A DNA stretch of 64,000 nt, from contig OX597815.1 in the NCBI GenBank assembly GCA_951406725.2, forward strand, positions 180,544,001-180,608,000, written 5' to 3'. The DNA is from Octopus vulgaris (taxonomy: Eukaryota). Both the position numbers and the translations under genes were made by a program. The notes beneath the pieces were generated by a model that saw nothing but the letters and a program-made list of their open reading frames with translations, did not search any database and was not told where the DNA came from. Position 1 is the stretch's first letter. The number at the start of each line of letters is the position of its first letter. Positions 12,867-27,534 of this stretch are shown in pieces.

Positions 12867-13340
12867 GGCGCGTGGCTTAGTGGTTAGGGGCATTTGGTTC
12901 ACGATCGTAAGGTCGTGAGTTCAATTCCCGGCAACGCGTTGTGTCCTTGAGCAAGAGAGCTGGCAAGAATGAGTAGTACCTGTATTTCAAAGGGCCGGCC
13001 CTGTCACACTCTGTCACGCTGAATCTCCCCGAGAACTACGTTAAAGGTACACGTGTCTGTGGAGTACTCAGCCACTTGCACGTTAATTTCACGAGCAGGC
13101 TGTTCCGTTGATTGTATCAGCTGGGATCAGAGTTCAAATTCCGCCGAGGTCGACTTTGCCTTTCATCCTTTCGGGGTCGATAAATTAAGTACCTAAGTAC
13201 CAGTCATGCACTGGGGTCGATGTAATCGACTTAATCCGTTTGTCTGTCCTTGCTTGTCCTCTCTGTGTTTAGCCCCTTGTGGGTAGTAAAATAAAATGTA
13301 TCAGCTGGGACCCTCGTCGTCGTAACCGACGGCGTGCTTC
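12867..13340 (+). mobile_element. Chimeric tRNA-SINE (C-type head, D-type tail) with nested 5'-truncated SINE B
   Basis: Nested insert 13128-13295 is flanked by TSD TGTATCAGCTGGGA. Confidence 0.8.
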
Positions 13341-13492
13341 CTTATAGATAATGTTAATAGAACGTTACTTTTATTTACACATACTCAATGAAACATACGC
13401 ACATACGTAGACACGCACATGTTAAAACAGTATCAGATGCACAGACAAGTGAATAGGAGTTGGGACAAAAGAATGTATTCAAGCAGATACAT

Positions 13493-13655
13493 AGGCGCAG
13501 GAGTGGCTGTGTGGTAAGTAGCTTGCTTCCCAACTATATGGTTCAGGGTTCAGTCCCACTGCATGGCACCTTGGGCAGGTGTTTTCTACTATAGCCTCGG
13601 GCCGACCAAAGCCTTGTGAGTGGATTTGGTAGACGGAAACTGAAAGAAGCCCGTC

Positions 13656-13707
<52 letters not shown>

Positions 13708-13905
13708 TTGTGTGTCCGTGTTTGTTCCCACATCATTGCTTGACAACCGATGCTGGTGTGTTTACGTCCCCGTAACTTAGCGGTTCGGCAAAAGAGACCG
13801 ATAGGATAAGTACTAGGCTCACAAAGAATAAGTCCTGGGGTCGATTTGCACGACTAAAGGCGGTGCTCCAGCATAGCCGCAGTCAAATGACTGAAACAAG
13901 AAAAA
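13493..13905 (+). mobile_element. SINE family A, full length
   Basis: Full family match. Confidence 0.92.
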
Positions 13906-14081
13906 AAGAAAAAAAATAATTCTTAGACCTTGTAGCGGTGTTTCAACTGAGATTCGAACTAGCTAACTCTCTAGTTTAGCCCAGCTACGAGAAATTAACT
14001 GTGGTACCATTAGGAACCCCATTGGCACTTACGTGAGCATGGCTCGACCATTCAACTTTGGCCTGTGTGGAATCAAACAAC

Positions 14082-14313
14082 CTATTTCTTTATTACCCAC
14101 AAGGGGCTAAACATGGAGGGGACAAACAAGGACAGACATAGGTATTAAGTCGATTACATCGACTCCAGTGCGTAACTGGTACTTAATTTATCGACCCCGA
14201 AAAGATGAAAGGTAAAGTCGAACTCGGCGGAATTTGAACTCAGAACGTAACGGCAGACGAAATACGACTAAGCATTTCGCCCGACGTGCTAACGTTTCTG
14301 CCAGCTCGCCGCC
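14082..14313 (-). mobile_element. SINE family B, full length
   Basis: TSD TGTGGAATCAAACAACC on both sides. Confidence 0.92.
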
Positions 14314-15097
14314 TTACTGTGGAATCAAACAACCGTAAACTTGAAAGTCAGCTTTCTGATGTCTTAGGCGTAGCTTTATGGTAAGAAGTTTGTTTCCTAA
14401 CCACATGGTTCCGGGTTCAGTTCCACTACGTGGAATCTTGAGCAAGTGTCTTCTACTATAGTTTCGGACCATTCAAAGTCTTGTGAGTTGATTTGGTAGG
14501 CGGAAACTGAAAAGAGCTCCTCGTTTATGTGTGTGTGTGTGTGTGTGTGTTTGTCTCAATGTTTGTCCCCACCACCGCTTGACATAAACACACCAACCGG
14601 TGTTGATGTTTGCTTATGTCCTAATAACTTAGTGGTTCTGGAATATTGAACTCTTACAAAAACAACATCAGGTGTTGCACAAAATTCTGTTACTCAGCTT
14701 TGAGATTAGGTGGTCGCCCTTTTCTACTTATTCTGATTTTAATAATCCTCAGCAATTTCCTTATAAGTAACTAATGTATTTTATGCTATGAAAACTTGCA
14801 AGTCTCACATTCACTATCTCTCGTACGATATTGTATTCAAATATTTGTTGTACTTATGTTAAACGCCAATGAAGAATTACGGCAACTTAAACAAATATTA
14901 ATACAAACTTGTTACCAGTTCAAATAAGCTTGAGGTACACTCGAATCCGAAAGGAAGCCATTCACAACACTTTGTCGTGGAAAAAGTTTCTTGCTGTAGA
15001 CAAATAGGTGTAACTACACCGAGTTCGTTCACACCGTCACCTAACCAGATTGTGGGATGCCTATAGTTCGGAGTGGTTATCTCCTCTTTAGTAAATA

Positions 15098-15491
15098 CTA
15101 GCAGTATCGCCTGGCGTTGCTCGGGTTTGTTTCTACCCATTAGAATTGGAATTTTTGAAAAGTAAAAATTTTGCATTGTGTAGTTTGTTATTCTCTTTAA
15201 GTGACCATTTTTCTGGTTGAAATACACCGAAAATGGCGACACAGCTGTCAAAAAATCGTAAAAAATAGGGATTTTCCTAGAAAAAAGAGCACCTTTTTGA
15301 TGTAAATAATTTTTGGTGTTAATATGGTCCGATTTGAATTTTATCTTCTACGGAAGGAAGAGCAAGTCTTCTTCTATCATACTTTTAATTTTGGTCAACT
15401 TGCGCCGCAGGGTCTCGGAGGAGATAGAGTTAGTTGAAGGCTACCAAACTTGCCACACACAGACAACTTCAGCTTTATATATAGAGAGAGA
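15098..15491 (-). mobile_element. Non-autonomous Helitron
   Basis: Minus strand A|TCTCTCTCTATATATAAAG...CCCGAGCAACGCCAGGCGATACTGCTAG|T. Confidence 0.85.
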
Positions 15492-16692
15492 TTAATGATA
15501 TCCTTGTCGCCTTTACATGCGACCTGCCTAATATTGTGTCCTTTCAACGATGAATTAATGACTAAAATGATATCCCCGCCAACCGCCTAAAATACCATCA
15601 CTAGTATGTTCGAGTCATGTTCTATTATTCTTTTAGATCCAGTTAGTCATTGGATTGAGGCCAAGCTAGAGCACCGCCTTCAACATGTGAACACAAATAC
15701 ATTTTGCTCACTGAAACTAAATAAACGTGCACATGTTTACAGACAAGAGGAACTTTGAGAATTTTATTTATATATATTCTTTATGTATTATTATATTTTT
15801 TGTCATCTGAACTATTTAGTGAGGTTAAAATGTAGTACAAGATGTCCCTGACAAGAATTTTCTCTCTGTAACTGTATTCTGGGAACGATGTGTTATTTTC
15901 AGATAGAAATACCTACTTTATATTTCCCCTTCCGATAAAATTTGTAATTATTTATCAGATATTTTTTTTTAATTATTTATTAGCTATATTTTTACATTTA
16001 ATTCTATCTATTCCATTTAGGGAATATTTCTCAAGCGTACTCATCTAATTATTTTTCCATGTGGGCTGCATATGTTTGTTGTTGGAAAAAAGTCTATGAA
16101 CTGAACGAGTATACTTAAAAAATTCTCTGTCGTTTTGTTTTTGATGTAAGGAAACGGAAAACAATATCAAAAGCAAACTACATAGAAAGAAAATATTTAA
16201 GAAAATAATGTTTATCTGTTATTCATTTATTAAAATCAAAACAAAACTATTGAATGATTTTTACTTGTTATTCCTGTTAATTCCTGTTGTGTAAATAGTA
16301 CAAAGTCATTCGGTGGAAGTGAATTCGGAATCATGTGATTGAGAATTATATTACTTACTACACAGCCATGCCTGTTAAAACACGTTATGAATGTTAAAAT
16401 CTCATCCAATGATGATTATCTTAGTAATAATATTCAATAGCGTGGCACCATGGGCAAGTGTCTTCTACTATAGCCTCAAGCCAACCAAAGCCTTGTGAGT
16501 GGATTTAGTAGACGGAAATTGAAAGAAGTCCATCGTGTATATATATATATATATATATTACGGAGATGTACTTGCATAACGAGTGACTTGATCTGAGATC
16601 GTATGCTGGAACGAAAACAATTGCAGCGTGGAAGGTGTTTATAAGCCGTTTAAGAAACACACAAAACCGTTAGATTCACTTCAACATTTAAA

Positions 16693-16761
<69 letters not shown>

Positions 16762-16884
16762 TATATATATATTAATTATATTTTTTAATAATTTTGTTAC
16801 ATATTTAAATAATATAAATTAATCATATGTATTGGCTTAAGTCTTTCATTGTTTGATTTGCCTAATAGTGGTTTTGTCTCTAAT

Positions 16885-16914
<30 letters not shown>

Positions 16915-16915
<1 letters not shown>

Positions 16916-17092
16916 GTTAATCCAAACAAGAAAGCACAAAAAAAAACACAACGCGAGGACGTGGAACAAATATAGTATTATTGGACGCTCAGGAAAGAAG
17001 GAAAGAAGGAGGGTTTAACATTTCGAGCGGAGCTCTTCGTCGGAAACATAGGAGAAGGAAAGATCCAGAGAAGGGGAGACAGAGGAAAAAAA
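16915..17092 (-). mobile_element. Copy of the 12304 HHR-bearing repeat (HHR-like motif 17013-17047)
   Basis: Reverse-complement match to 12330-12503. Confidence 0.8.
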
Positions 17093-17174
17093 AAATATAT
17101 ATGGAGTAGTGGTACAACAAAGCACCAATGTTTACTGGAAATAACAGTCGATACATTTACAACGCTATACATAC

Positions 17175-17254
<80 letters not shown>

Positions 17255-17829
17255 ATATATATATAGGTATAAATATATATGAGTGTGAGAATCTGTTTAT
17301 GTGTTTGCCCCCCACCACCACATGACAACCGGTGTTGGTGTGTTTATTTCCTCGTAACCTAGTGGTTCGATATAATTAGCTGATACAATAAGTACTGGGG
17401 TCGATTCGAGGCTATCTTCTTGTGTAGCTTCGTTGGATTGCCTCACGTCCTGCAATTAATTTTACGCTGGTTGGTGACCATAGCTGGGAGCAATGGTCAA
17501 AGCGCCTTAGAAAAGATGCCATATTAATATTTTTATTTTAAAAATCATATTTGATCTGTTTGTTAGAAAATGATATTTCTCGTTAAAAAGTCGCAAAAAC
17601 AATAAAAAAAATTATACCAAAATCAGAAATTAGACATAAATTAATAAATTTTACCAGTCTCCTACTCTGATATATAATTACGCAGCAAAAAATATTTTCT
17701 AGAATTTTAAAACTTTTATGCATGCCTCACATAAGTATAACATCTACATACAACCTTGGAGTACTAGCATAAGCAGATGTGCCTCGTGAGAAGATAGCTT
17801 GGATTATAATGCTACCTACATAATATATA

Positions 17830-18082
17830 TAGTAAAGGTAAAGTTCCTTCCTGAATCATAGGCTGATAGGGCCGGATTCTCAGTTTCCATGGCGGATATA
17901 ATCCCCACCTGGATGGGACGCCGGTCCTTTGCAGTGTTACTCACGTTTGCTGGCTGAGTGGACTGGAGCAACGTGAAATGAAGTGTTTTGCTCAAGAACA
18001 CAAGGGGTTGCCCGGTCCAGGAATCGAAACCACAATCTTACGATCATGATTCCAACACGCTAACCACAAACAACGTGCCACC
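17830..18082 (-). mobile_element. tRNA-SINE with C-type body and RTE-like 3' tail
   Basis: tRNA-like head, TTCTTGAGCAAAACACTTCATTTCACGTTGCTCCAG body, and a tail ending AACTTTACCTTTAC. Confidence 0.75.
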
Positions 18083-18152
18083 ACATTCATACATACATAC
18101 ATACATACATACATACATACATACATACATACATACATACATACATACATAC

Positions 18153-19262
18153 ACTCTTTGTCTGATAACCTAGAATACATGCCCAAAGAAGTCGCACGAC
18201 TCTACTGCAACATATCCTCAGATGAAAGGATGAGCCTATATGAGCAGAAGACTATGCATGGATAAGTTAGTAGATAACTCAGTGGTGATAGTAACATTGA
18301 TCATCAAAGCAGTTTACCATGGACGAATAACCGGATTATTACCTCCAATTTTGACGTGTATGCATCTGCAATCCAGAAACAGGAAATATCAACCAAGTAC
18401 CTGATGCATAAAAGGGATAGAGATGCGGGAAAAGCCGTAAAATGTGACAACCGGTGTAGAATTTGTGGAGTTAACACCAAAGATATCACCCGCATCATAA
18501 GCAGTTGTCTGAAAATGTCATCTACCGATGAGACGTGATATTGTAGCTAGGACAGCCTATAACGAAATCCGTCGGAAGGATAATCCTGAGGACAAAGAGA
18601 TAAGAACCCACAATATGGTAGAAGCCATAGCCACTCATAATAAAAATGAATACTGGTGGAATGCACCAGCGAAGACTTCAATAAAATGTAAGCACAACAG
18701 ACCTGATATAATGATTTGGGATAGAGAAGAGAAACTGTGCACAGTTGTGGAAATTAGGTGCCCAGCGGATGTTAACATAAAGCTGAAAATCAGTGAAAAA
18801 GAGAACACTTATGCTGAACTATTGAGAAATCTGTAGTCATTCTATCTAGATTACAAGTTCAGGTTTATACCTGTAATTATTGGGGCACTGGGATATGCAA
18901 CACACTGCCTAAATACCAATCTTGAGAAATTAGTCTTCTCAAAACCAGAAAGGAGAAAGCTAATTCGAAGACCACAGATCCAATCCATCACTGGAACTGT
19001 AAAAATCTTCAAAACTTTGCAGAAATTTATCATTTAAATATATATGAGCATGTCTAGATTTGCAACTATATACGTGGGAATATATACATAAAGCAAAACA
19101 TACAAATCTGCATATAAAAATTAATACATACATACATTCATACATACAAACAAAAATACCCTGTTGTTGATGTTGAAACTCTCATGAAGTAGCCTTGAAT
19201 CTAGTTTAGAAACCGGCTCTTTCTTTATAGACAACAAACCTCGAAATAAAACTGAACAATGA
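18153..19262 (+). pseudogene. 5'-truncated R4/Dong-like non-LTR retrotransposon (zinc knuckle + restriction-like endonuclease + 3' UTR)
   Basis: AIQKQEISTKY, CRICG..ITRIISSC (degenerate CCHC), R(R)D, HNRPDIMIWDREEKLCTVVEI.CP, EKENTY and IPVIIGALG motifs; frameshift near 18528 and stop at 18834. Confidence 0.88.
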
Positions 19263-19619
19263 CATACATATATCAATATATATATGTGTGTGTGTGTATA
19301 CACAAACACATACAAACACATACATATCTATATAAACTCTGTGTGTGTGTGGTTGGGTGTGTGGATGTGTCGTTTGCGCAGTAGAAATGGCCGAAGCAAA
19401 ACGACAAGAAATCAAAAAAATGCAACACCATATAAACCAAAAAAAAAAAAAAAAAAAGGAAACGAAATGTCTCGAAGGAAATTGCAGTTCTTCGTTTCGA
19501 ATGAAACCATGAACAGGAATGGGTTAACATAGTTTTTCTTCCGAAAGCGTCTACACACATTATGCGCGCACGCGCGCGCGTATTTGGGAATCTATGAATC
19601 TACCACTATGTAGGAATGT

Positions 19620-19720
19620 AAATCTATATATATATGTGTGTGTGTATGTATATATATGCGTGTATATATATATATGCATGCGCGTGTGTATATGCATATA
19701 TGTGTGTGTGTATGTATATA

Positions 19721-19768
<48 letters not shown>

Positions 19769-19886
19769 TATGCGTATGTGTGTATTTGTATATATGTGTG
19801 TGTGTGTATGTATGTATTTATGTATATATATATACACACACACATACATATACTTATGTATGTATATGTATACATATATGTATGGT

Positions 19887-19964
<78 letters not shown>

Positions 19965-20339
19965 CATGGATGTGTGTGTACGCGCATGCGTGAGTTTCAA
20001 TTCATGTGAATCCGTCAACGTGTTAATAATGTCTACTTCCCGCGAGATAAATGTCAAAGAGTATTTCCTTCTCTTTCCTAACTCGGCTTTAGAACATTCA
20101 GACACACACACACATACACACATTCACATACACACACACACACACATACACAAAGACATTCGTACACGCACACACAAAGACATACACAAGCACACAGCGC
20201 ATACATACAAGGATGGAGAAACACTAATATACATAACAGAAGTTATATTCACAAATTCACACACACAAATATATATGTCTGTATGTATATATATGTATAT
20301 GATATCTGTCATTACACACGCACACACATATATATCTGT

Positions 20340-20381
<42 letters not shown>

Positions 20382-20575
20382 GTCCTTACATATATATATA
20401 TATATATATATAAATATATGTATGTATATATATGTATATGTATATATATATGTATACGTATATATATATATGTATATAAATGTATGTGTGTGTATATATA
20501 TGTGTGTATATGTATGTATGTGTATATATATGCATATATGTACGTATATATTTATATGTGTATATATATATTATG

Positions 20576-20634
<59 letters not shown>

Positions 20635-20661
20635 GTATATATATATTTATATATATGTATG

Positions 20662-20723
<62 letters not shown>

Positions 20724-20725
20724 TA
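19620..20725. repeat. Compound (TA)n/(TG)n/(TATG)n microsatellite field
   Basis: Directly visible; source of the spurious 396-aa ORF. Confidence 0.95.
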
Positions 20726-21072
20726 TCGATGTTTCTACATCCTTATACGAAGGCATTGTGTATGTATTTGTGCAAGTGGTATGAGCAGAACTGCAAATGA
20801 ATATTTGTGTGTGTTTGTGTATTTGTGTGTGAGTGCAAAATCTTTGACCTAAATGAACAAAAGCAAAAAATGCGATCTTTACACTGCAGAGGAAAGACAA
20901 AGTCTCAAAAAATTACAAAACCACGAGATCCCTTTGAATAGAGAAATGCAGACATTTTGCGAAGCATTTGTTACATAACTGGGTCACATTACATTCACTG
21001 TACAAAATGAAAATAGACAACAAAACATTAGTGGATACACAAATCCTATTCATATCAGTGTTGGTGTGGAAG

Positions 21073-21109
<37 letters not shown>

Positions 21110-21546
21110 AAAGTAAATAAATGGTACAACGAAGCACCGATATTTACTGGAAAATAGCGAACGTAATAAATACGACGCTAATGTATTTTACCCTCACGGG
21201 CTATCCTTTACTGGAAAGCAATACTCTCGTATTGCATTACTATTTTCATATATATATATATATATTACTTGTTTCAGTCATTAGACTGTGGCCATGCTGG
21301 AGCACCACCTTTAGTCGAGCAAATCGACCCCAAGACATTCTTTGTAAGCCTAGTACTTATTCTATTGGTCTCTTTTGCCGAACCGCTAAGTTACGGGGAC
21401 GTAAACACACCAGCATCGTTTGTCAAGCGATGTTGGGGGACAAACACAGACACACAAAAACACACACACATATATATACATATATACGACGGGCTTCTTT
21501 CAGTTTCCATCTACCAAATATGTACACCATATAGGTTAGCTTCATA

Positions 21547-21578
<32 letters not shown>

Positions 21579-21986
21579 CACACACACACACACACACGCA
21601 CACATATATATACACATACAATTATAAATAAGGGCAAAAGAAAAAATTTCTATGCCAATATGCTGAGAAATAGATTTTAAATCGTCAATTACCACAAGTC
21701 CGTCGATTCCAGCAGATCGTGTATTCACAGTGATGTATAGTGCGTGTGGTGATTGACGCTTTAAAGTCTATTTTTCAGCATATTAGCATAGAATTTTTTT
21801 TTTTGGCCCTTATTTATAATTGTTTATAATTTTCACCTTTCAAGGTACTTGATGAAATTTAAAAAAAAAAATTATCCTATATTAGAAGTACATATGTATA
21901 GTTTATTACAATCTTTTAGTAAGTTTATGACAATTTTTTAAAATTTCTTTGCTAATCTAATTTCTGATATATATATATATATATAT

Positions 21987-22381
<395 letters not shown>

Positions 22382-22383
22382 TA

Positions 22384-22425
<42 letters not shown>

Positions 22426-22436
22426 TATATATGCAT

Positions 22437-22841
22437 AGGCGCAGGAGTGGCTGTGTGGTAAGTAGCTTGCTAACCAACCACATGGTTCCGGGTTCAGTCC
22501 CACTGCGTGGCATATTGGGCAAGTGTCTTCTGCTATAGCCCCGGGCCGACCAATGCCTTGTGAGTGGATTTGGTAGACGGAAACTGAAAGAAGCCTGTCG
22601 TATATATGTATATATATATATTTGTATGTGTGTGTGTTTGTGTGTCTGAGTTTGTTCCCCTAGCATTGCTTGACAACCGATGCTGGTGTGTTTACGTCCC
22701 CGTCACTTAGCGGTTCGGCAAAAAGAAACCGATAGAATAAGCACTGGGCTTACTAAAAGAATAAGTCCCGGGGTCGAGTTGCTCGACTAAAGGCGGTGCT
22801 CCAGCATGGCCGCAGTCAAATGACTGAAACAAGTAAAAGAG
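22437..22841 (+). mobile_element. SINE family A, full length
   Basis: Full family match. Confidence 0.92.
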
Positions 22842-23318
22842 TATATATAGATGTGTGTGTATGTATGTATATATGTATGTATGTATGTATGTTGTATGTA
22901 TGTATGTATGTATGTATGTATATAAATATATATAGGCTTGCATGGATCTAGTTACGTGAGTACCTATGTGTGTACATACGTATTTATGTATATAAATATA
23001 TATATATACATGCATATATACAAATATAAACATAAATATGCTTATATATACATAGACATACATGAACACACATGAGAGAGAGGGGGAGAGAGGGAGGGAG
23101 AGAAGGAGTGACTGATATTCATCCACCGTCTGAGACATGTTCTCGCTTGCCTTTCTCTTCACACAGATGGCTTGCAACATTAAATCATAAATCACTCGGA
23201 GATTAGGGGACGTGAATCACAGATAAACTTTCGCTTTCATACACATCAATCTCACGTTACACAGGCAATCACACACGAACAGCACACACACACACACCCA
23301 CACCCACACCCACACCCA

Positions 23319-23354
<36 letters not shown>

Positions 23355-23678
23355 ACATAGTTCCAAATAACTTTTGTAACCGATTTTTTTTTTCTTTATA
23401 TGGTAGCTTTTTGCAAATACAGACACACACGGGTGTGCGCTCATTCAGTCTTCCGTACGTAACTGTAAATGTTGGATTCTCAGTCAAAAAACGACAAGAA
23501 TTAACTCAAGGAAGAATACAATATATAGAATTAGATATTCACTCAAAATGTGTTGGGCAGAATCTTTACCGCATGGGACAAAATCTTCAGAGTCCATTTC
23601 GCCCACCCTTACATAATGAGTTCAAATTCTGGGGTGGTTCACTTTGCCATTTACCCTTTCGTCGTTGCTAAAATAGAT

Positions 23679-23910
23679 ACCTATTTCTTTACTACCCACA
23701 AGGGGCTAAACACAGAGAGGACGAACAAGGACAGCCAAACGGATTAAGTCGATCATATCGATCCCAGTGCGTAACTGGTACTTAATTTATCGACCCCGAA
23801 AGGATGAAAGGCAAAGTCGACCTCGGCGGAATTTGAACTCAGAACGTAACGGCAGACGAAATACCGCTAAGCATTTCGCTCGGCGCGCTAACGTTTCTGC
23901 CAGCTCGCCG
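23679..23910 (-). mobile_element. SINE family B nested in an older, opposite-strand B-type copy
   Basis: TSD CTAAAATAGATACCT; the host copy continues either side (~23600-23995). Confidence 0.85.
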
Positions 23911-24031
23911 CTAAAATAGATACCTGTTGAGCACTGGGGTCGATGTAACCGGCCTATCCCTTTCCCCGAAATTTCTGGCGGTTTTCCAAAATTTGAAACT
24001 GATATATATATGCACTAATATATATGTATGC

Positions 24032-24318
24032 GGAGGCGCAATGGCCCAGTGGTTAGGATCGCGGTTTCGATTCCCAGACCGGGCGTTGTGAGTGTTTATT
24101 GAGCAAAAACACCTAAAAAGCTCCACGAGGCTCCGGCAGGGGGGGGGGGTTGCTCCCTGCTGTACTCTTTCACCACACTTTCTCCCACTCTTTCTTCTGT
24201 CGGCCTGCTCGCTTAGCCAGCGGGGTGGCGTCATTCGAAGGCTAAAACAATGCGAACGCATTGTGACCAGCGATGTGTAACAACATCTGATGGTCTGGTC
24301 GGTCACGTGATCACGTGA
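24032..24318 (+). mobile_element. SINE family D head with alternative 3' tail
   Basis: GGAGGCGCAATGGCCCAGTGGTTAGG..GGTTTCGATTCCC head as in 34180-34563; tail GGTCTGGTCGGTCACGTGATCACGTGA also at 32238-32352 and 54757-54918. Confidence 0.82.
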
Positions 24319-24787
24319 TATATGTATGCACCCCCGTCTCTGTGTGCGTGTGTGTGTTTTGCAACTATGTACCATGTTTATGCATGGATGTGCATCACTA
24401 TATGTGTAGACACGTGTCTCCATATGTGTCCTTGTGTGGAGTAAAGTGTGTGTGTGTGTATATATGGTCATGTGTTTCAGTTTCCATTTGCATATGGGTG
24501 CTTGTCTATTCATATAACCTATGTACCTATCCGTCTGTATGTTGATCTGTTTCTTTTCATATCCATATGCTTACATACATGTGCACATACACACACCCAC
24601 ACCTACACTCACACCCACACACATATACATACATATATCTACATAACATCCCATTAACTATTCAACTACCAGTTTACACAGGTAGAGTGTGTGATGAATA
24701 GACTTACAAACATATGCACATATACACATTTTTTCATATACAAACACTGACGTATATATAGGTATATATATATATATATATATACAT

Positions 24788-24951
24788 AGGCACAGGAGAG
24801 TCTATGTGGTAAGTAGCTTGCTAACCAACCACATGGTTCCGGGTTCAGTCCAATAGCGTGGCACCTTGGGCAGGTGTCTTCTACTCTGGCCTCGGGCCGA
24901 CCAAAGCCTCGTGAGTGACTTTTGGTAGACGGAAACTGAAAGAAGCCCGTC

Positions 24952-25045
<94 letters not shown>

Positions 25046-25240
25046 TTGTGTTTGTCCCCATAACATCACTTGACAACCGATGCTGGTGTGTTTACGTCTC
25101 CGTAAATTAGCAGTTCGGCAAAAGAGACCGATAGAATAAGTACTAGGCTTACAAAGAATAAGTCCTGGGGTCGATTTGCTCGACTAAAGGCGGTGCTGCA
25201 GCATGGCCGCAGTCAAACGACTGAAACAAGTAAAAGAAAA
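24788..25240 (+). mobile_element. SINE family A
   Basis: Full family match. Confidence 0.9.
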
Positions 25241-26266
25241 AAAGAGTAAACAGTGGATGGACAGATGAATTGGATATGGAAAGGAATCTGAAGAATCTGA
25301 AGAGTGAAATATGAAGCGTGAAGAGAATGTGTTAAAATCAAAGGTTAAATACTAAAGTCCAATACTGGCATTTATATTAGGCAGATACCGAGATTCCGTT
25401 ATCTGTGTATCATACATTCAAAGCAAATGTGTTCCAGACATCAGGAAATATTTTCCTTTGTGCTTACATTTTCTGAGTATCGAATTTGTAGATGCCCGGT
25501 TGCCTTCAGTGTTTCAATTTTAGACTTTTCTCGGCTGTGCATAAACCACATTTTTGCTTTCAGTCATTCCTGTATTGATGAGACCTTTCAAGTATAGCCA
25601 TCAAATTAAAGACATATCCATTTAGGAAAATCCTTATTACTGATAAGGATAGCAAGATTTGTGAAACAAATTCACCACGCGGTCTACGGAGGGACAATAT
25701 CACCTCAGTAGGTCGTGAGATAGGTAAAAAAAAAAAAGAAAATAGACCTGAATCTAACGAAATTAGGCCATTGTCTGTATACTGTAAACACACCATATAT
25801 AAACTTAGCGGATTGATAGCATCGAAATAAAAATTATTTCAACACTTACATGATACAGCATTTAGTTAAGTTACACAGGCAATGCACATACATGAAGCCA
25901 AACCCGAACACCCCAACTCTCTTAAGAAAGAAATTCAAATAAAGTAACACCAAAACCCAACACAACCCGAAACATAAACAGTTCACTCACACACAAACAC
26001 ACTCATGTGCAGGACAAACACAATTCAGGCAAAATTTAATAATATACGAATAATGCAACAGAAATATTGTAGAAGACCAATCACACAGAACAAAGTTTTA
26101 ATGTAATGAAGTGCGGAACACTTTAGACTAAAAAATAAAGACCAGACCAATTAGTGGCATTTGCATGAGTGTGTATGTACAAAAGGGAGATGCGAGTGTG
26201 TGTGTATATATGGGAGTGCATAAATAAGTATATATATGCATGCATACATGCATAAGACTATATGTA

Positions 26267-26303
<37 letters not shown>

Positions 26304-26356
26304 CTATCTATCAATATATATATATATGACAACGTGTATGTGTACAGGTAATTATG

Positions 26357-26412
<56 letters not shown>

Positions 26413-26532
26413 ATGTATCTGTGTCTACATTCGTTTTCCATTTTTCTTTACGTATTTTACTCGATTTTCCCTCGTTTGTTTACATATTTCATGTTATTTG
26501 CACCGTTCGTGACGTCCTGTGCCTACATACGC

Positions 26533-26577
<45 letters not shown>

Positions 26578-26885
26578 AAATATTGAATTTCTAAATCTCG
26601 TAGAGACATGTACGGTGGTGGGGCGATAGAATGGTTGTATACTGTCAATCTAACGAGAACGTGACAGTAGGGGGTACACCACCGCTGTATAGCCCTAGGA
26701 AGCATCGAACGCCTCCTGATGGCTTTGACACATTTTCCCCTGTGTCCTTATATACATATACGAAGGGGAGACAAACACCCCCGGCTGCCGAAACTGCATC
26801 CAGGGACACGTGTTTCAGGATCGTTGTCCTTCATCGGCCTAGAGTAGCAGACACCGGTCAACCGGTGATATTTCTCTCGACTTCG
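26578..26885. mobile_element. Rearranged copy of HHR-bearing pLTR-like unit (segment A direct, segment B inverted)
   Basis: 26578-26709 matches 27318-27450; 26754-26885 is the reverse complement of 27447-27577; HHR on the minus strand at 26799-26843. Confidence 0.8.
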
Positions 26886-26903
26886 TAATTGTATATATAT
26901 CTA

Positions 26904-27280
26904 CTAGCAGTATCGCCCGGCGTTGCTCAGGTTTGTAAGGGAAATAACTATAAAGCATTTTTAGAGAGTTATAGCCAAAAAATAGCAAAAAAATGGGAAA
27001 AAATGATGGTAAATTTTTTTTTTTAGTTAAAAAAGGTGGAGTTGCGTCCCCTAGACAGTTTGTGTTTCTGATTCTGGACCCCATGTCGAATTTATCGATT
27101 TTTTTCAGAACTGGGGGAACTTTTCAAAATTTTCGCTGCGTTAGTTTTGAATTATGACATTGGGCTATGTGTGTGTCAAGTTTTATCAGAATCGGTTGAA
27201 AGCCGTGGTCAGGGTGAAGGTACAAGCAAACAGACACACAGAAACACGCACAGACAAACTGCCGTTTATATAGAGAGAGA
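26904..27280 (-). mobile_element. Non-autonomous Helitron
   Basis: A|TCTCTCTCTATATAAAC...GAGCAACGCCGGGCGATACTGCTAG|T. Confidence 0.85.
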
Positions 27281-27489
27281 TACTCAGTGAAGTCTAATCA
27301 CTTATTATCAAAATAAGAAATGTTGAATTTCTAAATCTCTCGTAGAGACATGTACGGTGGTGGGGGGATAGAATGGTTGTATACTGTCAATCTAAAAAGA
27401 ACGTGACAGTAGGGGGTACACCACCGCTGTATAGCCCTAGGAAGCATCGAAGTCGAGACAAATATCACCGGTTGACCGGTGTCTGCTAC

Positions 27490-27534
27490 TCTAGGCCGAT
27501 GAAGGACAACGATCCTGAAACACGTGTCCCTAGA
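27490..27534 (+). ncRNA. Minimal type-I hammerhead ribozyme (U4C variant)
   Basis: TCTAGG-CCGATGA-AGGA-caacga-TCCT-GAAA-CACGTGT-C-CCTAGA: 6-bp helix I, 4-bp helix II, palindromic helix III ACACGTGT, GUC site. Confidence 0.82.

Noticed and set aside
19594-20784. 396-aa ORF and the many YI/CV/HT-rich ORFs across the window
   Set aside because: They are translations of TA/TG/CATA microsatellites, which lack stop codons in some frames.
25330-25800. Possible decayed retroelement coding sequence on the minus strand
   Set aside because: Only a vague GIYKF-like hint among many stops; insufficient support.
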